DNA from: Flavobacteriaceae bacterium
Lineage (GTDB): Bacteria; Bacteroidota; Bacteroidia; Flavobacteriales; Flavobacteriaceae
Direction: 5' to 3'
Length of the DNA: 64,000 nt
NCBI GenBank assembly: GCA_030065775.1
Contig: JASJDL010000001.1
Location: 687 to 64,686 of the forward strand
How positions within the stretch are numbered: the stretch's first letter is position 1; every line of letters begins with the position of its first letter. Position numbers and translations under genes: made by a program. A model generated the notes under the pieces. That model was not told the DNA's origin, made no database searches, and saw nothing but the letters and a program-made list of their open reading frames with translations. This document shows, in pieces, positions 10,546 through 19,688 of this stretch.

Positions 10546-11646
10546 TTACAAAAGGTCGGTCTGTTTTTTATAGAAAGCATCCGATTGTTTTCTGAATAGT
10601 TCTATTGCCTTCTGCTTTTTGTAGTCGTAAACTTCCTGGTCTTCAGTGACATCATAATACACTTTTTCATTCAAAGAAGTATCGGTTGCCAATACAGCGG
10701 CACGCTGATTCTTCTGTTGTGTTACCCAAACGGATAGTGCATTTTCCTGTTCTTCGAGTTTGAGATCATAAGCTCCTTTTGGTGCCATGATCTTAGCAAA
10801 AACCGGTGCTGTTTCTATTGCCAAGAACAGGAGTAAAATGAAGAATGACGGAAACCAGGCAAGCTCACCCAGGGCATTGATACGTGCCATTAACCCATCA
10901 AAGCCATCAATAATGGGTTGACTGGTGGTTACTTGGGTATCCTGTTTTGTTCTTAAAGCGGCGATGGCTGCCTCTTTCTCGGTGATTTTTGTTTTTCCAT
11001 CCTGCTTGAGCTGTTGTAGTTCTTGTAAAAGCGCATCGTGCTTTTCCCGTTTTTCCTTATAAACAGGCCCTTTACCAATGAGCATGGTACCCTTACGGCC
11101 TTCCGCTTCAGCGATATAGGTTTCATACAGATCATTCACTTCTTTTTCTTTGGAAGCTATTGCAGTTTCCAGCGATTGAATTTCAGACTGGATCCTATTA
11201 ATTTCCGGAGTATATTGCTCAGCAATCTGATTCTGATTTTGTAAAGTCAATTCATTTTTTTGCTCTAATAAGACCTGGTTAATTTCCTTTTCGAAAATCT
11301 TCATCTCCAGAGGTTTTGAGATCACTACGGCAATAATAACAGCTAAAATAATCCTTGGTGATGCCTGAATGAGTTCCTGCCATATATTATCCCGTTTTTT
11401 TATAGTGGAAACAATGAATCGGTCGAGGTTAAAAATCAGTAATCCCCAAATAATCCCAAAAGCGATTGCGATATAGGCATTGTCAAAAACGGTATATAAG
11501 GCATATGAGCCAGAAATAAAGGCCATCACCGCAGTAAAAAATACAGTACCGCCAATACCGGCATATTTGATTTGTTCTGATTTTGGGCTTTCGTTAAGTA
11601 GGTCGGGGTCTGCGCCTGAGCACATCCAAAAGAAGTTTTTGATCAT
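10546..11646 (-). CDS. DUF4407 domain membrane/coiled-coil protein
   Basis: IFNLDRFIV, ISKPLE..IF.KEI, G.GP.Y and IE.APV motifs. Confidence 0.85.
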   Translation of the reverse strand: MIKNFFWMCSGADPDLLNESPKSEQIKYAGIGGTVFFTAVMAFISGSYALYTVFDNAYIAIAFGIIWGLLIFNLDRFIVSTIKKRDNIWQELIQASPRIILAVIIAVVISKPLEMKIFEKEINQVLLEQKNELTLQNQNQIAEQYTPEINRIQSEIQSLETAIASKEKEVNDLYETYIAEAEGRKGTMLIGKGPVYKEKREKHDALLQELQQLKQDGKTKITEKEAAIAALRTKQDTQVTTSQPIIDGFDGLMARINALGELAWFPSFFILLLFLAIETAPVFAKIMAPKGAYDLKLEEQENALSVWVTQQKNQRAAVLATDTSLNEKVYYDVTEDQEVYDYKKQKAIELFRKQSDAFYKKQTDLL

Positions 11647-11772
11647 AGTAAAGGGAATATATAAATAATTTAACGTGCTAATGCGGAATTTGTTACGTAT
11701 GAAAAGTTAAAATTATCTTTAAATAGTACCTTTTAGATTTATTATTTTTGTTTGAACGGAAAATCAGGACTT

Positions 11773-12348
11773 ATGTTCTCCAAAAAATGGCTTTTTATTG
11801 TTTTTATACTCATTGGGGTTTTTACGGCAGTTTCTCAGGAAAAATTTGAGCGAGAATATCGAGTTGACACGGATGAAGTTCCCCTAAAAGCAAAAACCTT
11901 CATAGAGAAATGTCGCTTTTCAAAACAAGTGAAATGGTATGTTGAAGAAAGCCAGGATGGCAAGACTTACGAAGCAAAGTCAGTAAAGAAGGGATATAAG
12001 TTTAGTATTGAATTTGATCTTCAGGGAACAGTTTTGGATGTCGAAAAAACAGTGAAATTGACTGAAATTTCGAGTGCTAAAATTAAAAAAATAGAAAGCG
12101 CTTTAACCGAAAGATTTAGAAAATACAAGATCAAAAAAATACAAGTGCAATGGAAGACCGACACCAACTCCTATATAGCATTAATTAATGGTGATGTGAA
12201 GGTTTCAACAAATGAACTCTATGAATTAGTAGTGAAGGGAAAGGTGGTATCACATTTCAAAATGTACGAGCTCTTAATAAACCCAGAAGGAACAATTTTA
12301 AAAGAGTTGGAGATCGTACCCGCAAATTCCGACAATCTACAATTCTAG
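11773..12348 (+). CDS. Hypothetical exported protein (PepSY/BLIP-like repeat character)
   Basis: Signal peptide, 'KW..E.....YEAK.......SIEFD..G' pattern; coupled to a DUF2490 gene. Confidence 0.6.
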   Translation: MFSKKWLFIVFILIGVFTAVSQEKFEREYRVDTDEVPLKAKTFIEKCRFSKQVKWYVEESQDGKTYEAKSVKKGYKFSIEFDLQGTVLDVEKTVKLTEISSAKIKKIESALTERFRKYKIKKIQVQWKTDTNSYIALINGDVKVSTNELYELVVKGKVVSHFKMYELLINPEGTILKELEIVPANSDNLQF

Positions 12349-12351
12349 ACT

Positions 12352-13002
12352 ATGGGATGTGTACGTTGGATTTTTTTTCTAGTAAGTTTTGCTGCTTTCG
12401 CACAAGACTTTAATGCGGGCTGGTTGCCAAAAGTAAATGTTTCTACAGAACTGTCAGAAACCATAAAATGGGTAAACAGTTTAGAGGCAAGAGAATTAGT
12501 TTACATGGATGATGTCATTTTTAGGCATAACTTAGTTGACATTGCCACCATTTTTTCGGTAAGAACCTCCGTTGATCAATCCTTGAACCTTGGGTACCTC
12601 ATTCGCTTTAGGGAAAATGGCGATGTCGTTCATCGTTTTTTGCAACATTATAATTTGGTGAGTAATTATAATGCATTGAGATTGGGCCACAGAATTGGGT
12701 TTGAACAATTCTTTCAAAACGCCACAAATTCCGCTTTCAGAACGAGATATAGGATCACTTTTGAAAAAGCGCTAAATGGAGCTAAGGTTGATAACAAAGA
12801 GTTTTACCTAAAGATGGGGCATGAATATTTGTGGAATTTTAATGAAGACGATCTCGAAATACGTTTTGCTCCATTCCTGGGATATCAACTTACAAAAAAA
12901 AATAAGCTCGAGTTTGGTGTAGATTATCGTTTAGGTAATTTTTTGAATAACACTTCTGAACATCGCCTATGGTTTCGAACAACATGGTACCTTTCTATAT
13001 AA
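12352..13002 (+). CDS. DUF2490 family outer-membrane beta-barrel protein
   Basis: Signal peptide, HR..EQ.F...RTRYR motif, alternating beta-strand pattern. Confidence 0.75.
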   Translation: MGCVRWIFFLVSFAAFAQDFNAGWLPKVNVSTELSETIKWVNSLEARELVYMDDVIFRHNLVDIATIFSVRTSVDQSLNLGYLIRFRENGDVVHRFLQHYNLVSNYNALRLGHRIGFEQFFQNATNSAFRTRYRITFEKALNGAKVDNKEFYLKMGHEYLWNFNEDDLEIRFAPFLGYQLTKKNKLEFGVDYRLGNFLNNTSEHRLWFRTTWYLSI

Positions 13003-13124
13003 AATTATAACGCTAATTTTTAGCTATTTAGCAACAATTTTTAGTTCGTTTTACAATAATCATTAGGAAATTTTGTTTTAAGATTGTTTTTAAAGTATAC
13101 CGAACGTAATAATTGAAAACCTAA

Positions 13125-13283
13125 ATGAGCTGTTCAAAAATTAAAGCTGAAATTTTTAAGTTATCTACTTTAAGTAAGTTAATGTCGCCAATCAATGTGA
13201 ACGAAGAAAGAAAAGAAAAAGGAATTTCTTCAAAACTTAAAAATGATGAGCTGGGCTATTTCAACTCACTGGAAAACTTATAA
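13125..13283 (+). CDS. Candidate small protein, 52 aa (below the ORF-track cutoff)
   Basis: ATG at 13125 after A-rich GAAAACCTAA; reads MSCSKIKAEIFKL...YFNSLENL, stop TAA at 13281-13283; fills the intergenic gap. Confidence 0.4.
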   Translation: MSCSKIKAEIFKLSTLSKLMSPINVNEERKEKGISSKLKNDELGYFNSLENL

Positions 13284-13286
13284 TCA

Positions 13287-14675
13287 TTAAGAATTCATTT
13301 CAGTAAAATACTTGTAAAACCAGGGTATTGTTTCTATACCTTTCAAATAATTCCAAATACCGAAATGTTCATTGGGTGAATGGATAGCGTCGCTGTCTAA
13401 ACCAAATCCCATCAAAATCGTTTTACTTTTTAACTCTTTCTCAAAAAGTGAGACGATAGGAATGCTACCACCACTACGTTGTGGGATAGGTACTTTGCCA
13501 AACGTTTGTTCGTAGGCTTTGCTGGCGGCCTGGTAACCGATGCTATCAATGGGTGTAACATAGCCCTGCCCTCCATGATGTGGTGTAACTTTTACACGTA
13601 CACTTTTTGGAGCAATACCTTCGAAATGCTTTTGAAATAATTTTGTGATTTCTTCCCAGTCTTGATTCGGTACCAGTCGCATTGAAATCTTTGCGAAGGC
13701 TTTGCTCGCAATTACTGTTTTTGCGCCTTCACCGGTATAACCACCCCAGATACCGTTGACGTCCAATGTTGGGCGAATTGAATTCCGTTCATTGGTCGTA
13801 TAACCTTTTTCGCCATAAACTTCGTCGATATCTAAAGCTTTTTTATACGCTTCTAATGAGAACGGCGCTTTCCCCATTTCACCACGCTCTTCGGTAGATA
13901 ATTCTTCTACCTCGTCATAAAATCCGGGTATGGTTATATGATTGTTTTCATCATGTAATGAAGCGATCATTTTTGTTAAGACATTAATGGGATTAGCCAC
14001 TGCGCCACCATACAATCCTGAATGCAGATCACGGTTGGGGCCTGTTACTTCTACTTCTACATAGCTTAATCCGCGTAAGCCGGTGGTGATCGACGGAATA
14101 TCATTTGCGATCATTCCGGTATCTGAAATTAAGATCACATCATTGGCAAGCTTTTTCTTGTTTCTGGGAACAAACCAAGCTAAACTTTCTGAACCCACTT
14201 CTTCTTCGCCTTCGATCATGAATTTTACATTGCAAGGTAAGTTCCCTTCTGAGGTCATATACTCCAGTGCCTTGACATGCATATAGAGTTGACCTTTATC
14301 ATCGCATGCTCCACGTGCATAGATGGCACCATCTGGATGCTTTTCGGTTGATTTAATAATGGGTTCAAAAGGAGGGGAGTCCCATAAATCCAATGGATCA
14401 GGTGGTTGCACGTCATAGTGTCCATAGACCAAAATTGTGGGTAATTTTTTGCTAATTATTTTTTCACCGTAGACTATTGGGTATCTCGGCGTCTCACAGA
14501 TTTCTACGTTGTCGCACCCCGCCTGTTCAAGAGCATTTTTTATCGCTTCTGAAGTAGTGATCACATCTTTTTCGTAAGCAGAATCTGCTGAAATCGATGG
14601 TATTTTCAATAGTTCGATGAGCTCATTTACAAATCGGCCTTTATGCTGTGCTATGTATGATTTTATGGATTCCAT
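13287..14675 (-). CDS. M20 family dipeptidase
   Basis: YGHYDVQP, RGACDDKG, EGEEEVGS, DLHSG, HSPNE. Confidence 0.93.
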   Translation of the reverse strand: MESIKSYIAQHKGRFVNELIELLKIPSISADSAYEKDVITTSEAIKNALEQAGCDNVEICETPRYPIVYGEKIISKKLPTILVYGHYDVQPPDPLDLWDSPPFEPIIKSTEKHPDGAIYARGACDDKGQLYMHVKALEYMTSEGNLPCNVKFMIEGEEEVGSESLAWFVPRNKKKLANDVILISDTGMIANDIPSITTGLRGLSYVEVEVTGPNRDLHSGLYGGAVANPINVLTKMIASLHDENNHITIPGFYDEVEELSTEERGEMGKAPFSLEAYKKALDIDEVYGEKGYTTNERNSIRPTLDVNGIWGGYTGEGAKTVIASKAFAKISMRLVPNQDWEEITKLFQKHFEGIAPKSVRVKVTPHHGGQGYVTPIDSIGYQAASKAYEQTFGKVPIPQRSGGSIPIVSLFEKELKSKTILMGFGLDSDAIHSPNEHFGIWNYLKGIETIPWFYKYFTEMNS

Positions 14676-14726
14676 TTTGTTCAATTTGACAGGAACTCAA
14701 AAGTAGTAAAAATATGGATGGGTAAC

Positions 14727-14756
14727 TTTGCAGTTTTAAATGATTGCTTATATTTG
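14727..14756 (+). promoter_or_regulatory. tRNA promoter (-33 TTTG / -7 TATATTTG)
   Basis: Matches the Bacteroidetes consensus TTTG-N18-TAnnTTTG just upstream of the tRNA. Confidence 0.75.
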
Positions 14757-14769
14757 CAGTCCAATTTTT

Positions 14770-14854
14770 GCGGATGTGGTGGAATTGGTAGACACGCTAG
14801 ACTTAGGATCTAGTGCCGCGAGGCGTGGGGGTTCGACTCCCTTCATCCGCACCA
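14770..14854 (+). tRNA. tRNA-Leu (anticodon TAG)
   Basis: GCGGATG/CATCCGC acceptor stem, CTAGA-CTTAGGA-TCTAG anticodon arm, long variable arm, GTTCGA T-loop, encoded CCA. Confidence 0.97.
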
Positions 14855-14886
14855 AAAGCTCTCAATTTTTTGAGGGCTTTTTTATT
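14855..14886 (+). terminator. Intrinsic terminator after tRNA-Leu
   Basis: AAAGCTCTCAA-TTTT-TTGAGGGCTTT hairpin followed by a T-tract. Confidence 0.75.
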
Positions 14887-15027
14887 TAAGAATTTTTTAC
14901 AACATCATTTTCTTTATTTTTTAAGAATTTTTAATCTTAATAGTCAACGTGTTTCACCAAAAATATATGAGTGCATAGTATTACATTTAGAATTCTTTTT
15001 TAGAAATTAGCATTAAAATAAATTGTT

Positions 15028-15855
15028 GTGATTAAACTATGTATTGTTAAAGGGGTACTCATGACATTTGCCTTGCTTATTGGTGAAACTTTATTGGCGC
15101 AAGATATTCCTGAGATACTTCCTGAAGAATCAAAATTTGAAGAACCCGTAAGCAAATACTGGCTCAATACTTATGGGAATATACGTATTTCAAAAAAGTT
15201 TTTTTGGGTAGCTCAGACACATTTTAGATTTCAAGAAACTACTGCTACTTCTTTTGTTGGACAAGTTGGACAAATTTATAACCGACATGCAATAGGTTAT
15301 ATTTATTCCGATAAGATAAACTTTGCACTAGGAGGAGTGCTACGTTTGAATTACGATGTAAAAGAAAACGGAGTAAGTGATGTTATACTTCCAGAATACC
15401 GTATCTGGCATCAATATCAGTTTGCTATGAATATTGCTTCTGCGGTAGCCTACCACCGGTTTAGAATAGAACATCGATGGTCTAAAGGCTTTAAAAAAAA
15501 TGATGAATATATTTTTAGAAATAGGTGGAGGTATATGTTTCGGCTTAAAATTCCCTTAAATAAAGCAAATATTCAACCAAAAGTGTTCTATATTGCCCCA
15601 GAAGCTGAACTTATCATGCAAAGTGGAAAGCCTGTTGTAGCCAGTCCTTTAGAAGACTTACGACTACACACCAGTTTTGGATATATTTTCTCACCACAAC
15701 TTACCGTTGCTGCAGGTCTCATGTACAATCAAGGGCAAACGCTTGATAATGGGGGCATTTGGAAGCAAGGATGGACCATAAGAACGCACTTGTATTTCTC
15801 ACCCGATTTTAGGAAAATAAAAAATAAATTACCTGAGGTACATTTCAGGGATTGA
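15028..15855 (+). CDS. DUF2490 family outer-membrane beta-barrel protein
   Basis: Signal peptide; EYRIWHQY, HRFRIEHRW and RNRWRY motifs. Confidence 0.8.
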   Translation: MIKLCIVKGVLMTFALLIGETLLAQDIPEILPEESKFEEPVSKYWLNTYGNIRISKKFFWVAQTHFRFQETTATSFVGQVGQIYNRHAIGYIYSDKINFALGGVLRLNYDVKENGVSDVILPEYRIWHQYQFAMNIASAVAYHRFRIEHRWSKGFKKNDEYIFRNRWRYMFRLKIPLNKANIQPKVFYIAPEAELIMQSGKPVVASPLEDLRLHTSFGYIFSPQLTVAAGLMYNQGQTLDNGGIWKQGWTIRTHLYFSPDFRKIKNKLPEVHFRD

Positions 15856-15867
15856 CAAATTTGTACT

Positions 15868-16698
15868 ATGCAAAGAAAAAAAACAATTAAAGTCCTCAGT
15901 ATAGTCTCCGCAATAGGAATTATTTCTACTGTTTATTTCGGTGTACAGAATGCAAAGCTCAAAGGCTTGAATAAAGAATTGTCAAAAGATAATCAAATCA
16001 AAAAAGCTTATGCTTACAAAAAGAGTTTGGATACCATAGATTCTTTATTGATGGATGGAAACTTTACTCAAGCGCTAAATCTTTATAAAGAGCTAAATAG
16101 CGATAGCATCATTGGTGAATACTTCAACGTAGATATGCGCATAGAAATGGCTCAAAAGTTAGCTCTTTTACCCAAATCCAGACCTTTCCAAAAACTGTTT
16201 ATGACTGGGCAAAAGTTTGATATTTCGGGAGGATCTTTTCAAGAAGTAGAGTATTCAAAGATAGCTGATTCGCAACTACAAAAAGCACAATTAGAAATTA
16301 AAAGTTTAAGAGCACAACTTTCCAATTCAAACGATTACCTAAAATTTAAAACTTCAAAGGGTACTCAGCTACATTATATAGGTGGTGTTAAAAATAGTAA
16401 GGCGAATGGTTACGGTATAGCTATTTTAGAAACTGGTAGTCGGTATGAAGGGCAATGGAAAGATAATCTGCGGCATGGGCAAGGTAAATTTTATTGGAAT
16501 GACGGAGAAATTTATGAAGGTGAATACAATAATGACAGAAGAGAAGGCTACGGCACTTATTATTGGGAAAATGGTGAAAAATATGTAGGAGAATGGAAAC
16601 AAGACGCTCGAAATGGTAAGGGTGAGTTTTACAATAAACGAGGTAAGCTTAAAGCCAGTGGTATTTGGGAAAATGACAAGCTTATTGAACAAAACTAG
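15868..16698 (+). CDS. MORN-repeat protein with N-terminal anchor and coiled coil
   Basis: Tandem YEGQWKDNLRHGQG / YEGEYNNDRREGYG / YVGEWKQDARNGKG repeats. Confidence 0.9.
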   Translation: MQRKKTIKVLSIVSAIGIISTVYFGVQNAKLKGLNKELSKDNQIKKAYAYKKSLDTIDSLLMDGNFTQALNLYKELNSDSIIGEYFNVDMRIEMAQKLALLPKSRPFQKLFMTGQKFDISGGSFQEVEYSKIADSQLQKAQLEIKSLRAQLSNSNDYLKFKTSKGTQLHYIGGVKNSKANGYGIAILETGSRYEGQWKDNLRHGQGKFYWNDGEIYEGEYNNDRREGYGTYYWENGEKYVGEWKQDARNGKGEFYNKRGKLKASGIWENDKLIEQN

Positions 16699-16858
16699 TT
16701 CTTAACTTTTTCGCATTCAATGGTCCTCTATTTGAATTTAGAAAAAAAATAATATGTTATTGAATGAATCTGCCACCGGGAGCTTGACTAATGCGTGAGT
16801 TAGACTATTTAAAGCCTTAAATGAGTTGTGGTTTCTTTTCTAGTCTACTGGTCAATTT

Positions 16859-17272
16859 CTAATGCGGCAATTTGTCTTTAAGAAGGCCATATAGAAATGT
16901 ACCTATAATTGCAAATAGAATCACAATCAATATTGGTAAGAAACCAGCACCTGCCAAGGTAAACATAGGTCCCGGGCATGCACCTGCTAAGGCCCAGCCT
17001 AGACCAAATATAATGCCTCCTATAATATATCTACTGATACTTTGTTCCTTCGGATAGAAAATTATTTTCTGTCCGTAAAATGATTTAATCTTAAAGCGCT
17101 TGATGACTTGTACAATGCTAATCCCCAAGATAACAGCCGTACCAATAATGCCATACATATGAAAGGATTCGAATCGAAACATTTCATAAATTCTGAACCA
17201 TGATGCAGCTTCTGATTTGAATAAAGTGATTCCGAATAGGATACCTATGAGTAAATATGAAATTGTTCGCAT
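16859..17272 (-). CDS. YeeE/YedE (PmpB/DUF6691-like) sulfur-compound transporter subunit
   Basis: GGIIFGLGWALAGACPGP motif, 4 TM helices. Confidence 0.9.
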   Translation of the reverse strand: MRTISYLLIGILFGITLFKSEAASWFRIYEMFRFESFHMYGIIGTAVILGISIVQVIKRFKIKSFYGQKIIFYPKEQSISRYIIGGIIFGLGWALAGACPGPMFTLAGAGFLPILIVILFAIIGTFLYGLLKDKLPH

Positions 17273-17275
17273 GCC

Positions 17276-17836
17276 TTAAAAAATTAGTGGAAATAAAATG
17301 TGGATCATGAACAGTCCGCCCAAAAAGAAACCTATGACTGCTAGTAATGAGGGTACTTGAAGGTTGCTCAACCCAGATATGGCATGCCCGGAAGTGCAAC
17401 CACCGGCATAACGGGCTCCAAAACCTACTAAAATACCACCAACGGCAAGTATGAGCACGCTTTTGAAATTATACATAGCTGAAAGACCGAATAACTCTGT
17501 AGGTAAATAGGCGTCGCCTGCACTTTGAAATCCAAGTTCATTCAATCGTTCTACCGTCTTGGGATTAATTGTGACGGATGGGTCATTCGTTAAAAAGAAG
17601 GATGCTATAAAACCTCCGATAATAACACCAAGAACAACGATGAGATTCCAACGTTGCGCTTTCCAATCGAACTTAAAAAAATCTGCCGTTTTATCGGCTC
17701 CACAAATAGTACAAAGCGTTCGCAGATTAGAAGACATGCCAAATGTTTTATCTATCATGATCAGTAAAAACATCACCAATGCTATCATAGCCCCTGAAGT
17801 GTACCAGGGCCAGGGTTCGAAAATCCAGTTCATCAT
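17276..17836 (-). CDS. YeeE/YedE (PmpA-like) sulfur-compound transporter subunit
   Basis: GGILVGFGARYAGGCTSGHAISGL motif. Confidence 0.92.
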   Translation of the reverse strand: MMNWIFEPWPWYTSGAMIALVMFLLIMIDKTFGMSSNLRTLCTICGADKTADFFKFDWKAQRWNLIVVLGVIIGGFIASFFLTNDPSVTINPKTVERLNELGFQSAGDAYLPTELFGLSAMYNFKSVLILAVGGILVGFGARYAGGCTSGHAISGLSNLQVPSLLAVIGFFLGGLFMIHILFPLIF

Positions 17837-17884
17837 AATTTAGTTTTGGAACTACAAAAGAACATAATTTCATATAAATAGTAT

Positions 17885-17898
17885 GTAACTTTTATTAC
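17885..17898 (-). promoter_or_regulatory. GTAAC-N4-GTTAC box upstream of the yeeE/yedE pair (one mismatch)
   Basis: GTAACTTTTATTAC; -7-like TTCTTTTG on the minus strand at 17855-17862, offset 30. Confidence 0.7.
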
Positions 17899-17900
17899 AT

Positions 17901-17937
17901 AAAAAAGGCCGACTATAGAAAATAGCTGACCTTTTTT
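17901..17937 (-). terminator. Probable terminator after sqr
   Basis: AAAAAAGG-CCGACTAT/ATAGCTGA-CCTTTTTT imperfect hairpin with A/T tails. Confidence 0.55.
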
Positions 17938-17962
17938 AAAACCAAACCAAACCTAACTATAG

Positions 17963-19210
17963 TTATACGTCCTTTCCCTTCAACATTTTATTCCAGTAGA
18001 GGTAGGGAAGCATATATTTTTTCAGGATCCACAATCTCCAGTGCTCTTTAGAAGAATCAGAAATAAGCATTCGTTTCAATTTTGGGTCGGGGGTAAAATT
18101 TCCATCGTAATCGAATTCAGCTAAGACCATTTTTCCATAATCTGTGACCAAAGGACATGAAGAATAACCATTATAAGCCATATTTCCTTTTTTAGCATGT
18201 TCAATTAATAAGGAAATATTGTCAACTGCTACGGGTACCTGTTTTCGGATAGCAGCGCCCGTTTTTGCAGTAGGTAAACCACAGACATCGCCTAGACCAA
18301 AAATATTGCTATATTTCTTATGTTGCATGGTATATTGATCTACATCAAGCCATTTAGCATCATTTACCAAGGGTGATTCTTGTATAAACTTAGGTGCCAC
18401 TGAAGGTGGGGCAGTATGCAACATATCATAGTGGATGCCAATAAGATCGCCATCTTTTGATATTTTAATGTCTTTGGAGTTTACTTCTGACTGGTTATCA
18501 CCTAAAGCATACCAGGCTATTTTATTTTCTCCATCTATTTTTTTCAACTGGTGCCCGAAGCGTAGATGCGTATCTTTTTTAGTATTTACTTCCATTAAGG
18601 TTTTCTTAATCTCGGGTATTCCAAAGATGACACCACCGCTCGTGGCAAACACAACGTTACTTTGTTTTCTGACACCGCTTTTTCTAAAATGACTTTCAGC
18701 CAGATACATTATTTTTTGTGGGGCTCCACCACATTTTATAGGGGTAGTGGGTTGTGTAAATAGTGCAGTTCCGCCTTTGAAATTCTTAATCACATTCCAG
18801 GCGTGTTTAGGATCGGTATAAACACTGCAGACAACACCTTTATCCATAGCTTCGCCTAATCCGGGCACCAAAGAATAGTCATATACCAAACCCGGGGCAA
18901 CTACCAAATAATCATAAGTATGGTCACCACTTGATTTGGTTGAAACAGTATTCTTTTCAGGATCAAAAGCGGTTGCATAATCTTTAATCCAGTGTACTCC
19001 TCTGGGCATTACACTAGCCATTGGTTTGGCGGTTTTATCAAAATTATAGGTGCCAGCTCCTACCAAGGTCCAGGCGGGCTGGTAGTAATGTGTGTCCGCT
19101 GGTTCTATAAGTCCGATACTATATTTCTTATTTTTTTTCAATAATTGAGCGGCGGCCATAATACCGGCCGTTCCTCCTCCTATGATCAATACTTGATGAT
19201 GAGAACTCAT
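17963..19210 (-). CDS. sqr: Sulfide:quinone oxidoreductase, type II
   Basis: GGGTAG FAD motif, HYYQP.WT.VG.G, KCGGAPQK, KTGAA and YSSCPLVT redox-Cys motifs, AEFDY. Confidence 0.92.
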   Translation of the reverse strand: MSSHHQVLIIGGGTAGIMAAAQLLKKNKKYSIGLIEPADTHYYQPAWTLVGAGTYNFDKTAKPMASVMPRGVHWIKDYATAFDPEKNTVSTKSSGDHTYDYLVVAPGLVYDYSLVPGLGEAMDKGVVCSVYTDPKHAWNVIKNFKGGTALFTQPTTPIKCGGAPQKIMYLAESHFRKSGVRKQSNVVFATSGGVIFGIPEIKKTLMEVNTKKDTHLRFGHQLKKIDGENKIAWYALGDNQSEVNSKDIKISKDGDLIGIHYDMLHTAPPSVAPKFIQESPLVNDAKWLDVDQYTMQHKKYSNIFGLGDVCGLPTAKTGAAIRKQVPVAVDNISLLIEHAKKGNMAYNGYSSCPLVTDYGKMVLAEFDYDGNFTPDPKLKRMLISDSSKEHWRLWILKKYMLPYLYWNKMLKGKDV

Positions 19211-19266
19211 GACAAGCTGAATTAGTGTTAATACTCTAAATGTAAAATTTTATGGTATGTTCTACA

Positions 19267-19280
19267 GTAACTTTTGTTAC
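19267..19280 (-). promoter_or_regulatory. GTAAC-N4-GTTAC box upstream of sqr
   Basis: GTAACTTTTGTTAC; -7-like TACATTTA at 19237-19244 (minus strand), offset 30. Confidence 0.85.
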
Positions 19281-19318
19281 AGAAGATAAAGACATCAAAA
19301 CAGATGATTTTCATTCAG

Positions 19319-19522
19319 CTACTTGGTTTTACAAGTATTCAGGCCAACTACGGCATATAGCGGACAAAAACTTATGAAGCTTGTTACTACAAATATTGCA
19401 GCTAAAGCGATAAGAATGTAAGCCAGGGTTCCTCCAATAATATTTTGGTAATACAATATGCCAATTACCACTGCAATAAGGATTCTGATTATGCGGTCTG
19501 CACCGCCCATATTTTTTTTCAT
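19319..19522 (-). CDS. DUF2892 (YgaP-like) small membrane protein
   Basis: MKKNMG..DR.IR ... FCPLY...G.NTC signature. Confidence 0.92.
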   Translation of the reverse strand: MKKNMGGADRIIRILIAVVIGILYYQNIIGGTLAYILIALAAIFVVTSFISFCPLYAVVGLNTCKTK

Positions 19523-19536
19523 AATTTAAAGTTTTA

Positions 19537-19626
19537 TCAGTTGAGTAAAAGTACAGCACCAGTTACAATACCTATACATAGTATACATACAATCAGTAAC
19601 TTAATAATTTTCTTGTTATTCATCAT
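19537..19626 (-). CDS. Candidate leaderless 29-aa single-TM peptide with CxxC
   Basis: Translates as MMNNKKIIKLLIVCILCIGIVTGAVLLLN*; starts 4 nt after the -7 element TATTTTTG and ends 14 nt before DUF2892. Confidence 0.5.
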   Translation of the reverse strand: MMNNKKIIKLLIVCILCIGIVTGAVLLLN

Positions 19627-19660
19627 AGTCAAAAATAAACGAGTGATTTAAGAATAAGTA

Positions 19661-19672
19661 TGATAATTATCA
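19661..19672 (-). promoter_or_regulatory. TGAT-N4-ATCA (FNR-like) box upstream of the small ORF/DUF2892
   Basis: TGATAATTATCA perfect palindrome; -7 TATTTTTG at 19630-19637. Confidence 0.75.
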
Positions 19673-19688
19673 CAAAATTTAGATCATA

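Noticed and set aside
14813-15010. 65-aa ORF from the track
   Set aside because: Overlaps the tRNA 3' half and its terminator; spurious
16426-16692. Repeated DNA units as a possible CRISPR or tandem array
   Set aside because: Explained by MORN repeats of the plus-strand protein; no CRISPR repeat-spacer pattern was seen anywhere in the window
19596-19609. GTAACTTAATAATT half-site upstream of DUF2892
   Set aside because: Second half-site is missing, there is no good -7 element at the expected offset, and it lies inside the candidate 29-aa ORF
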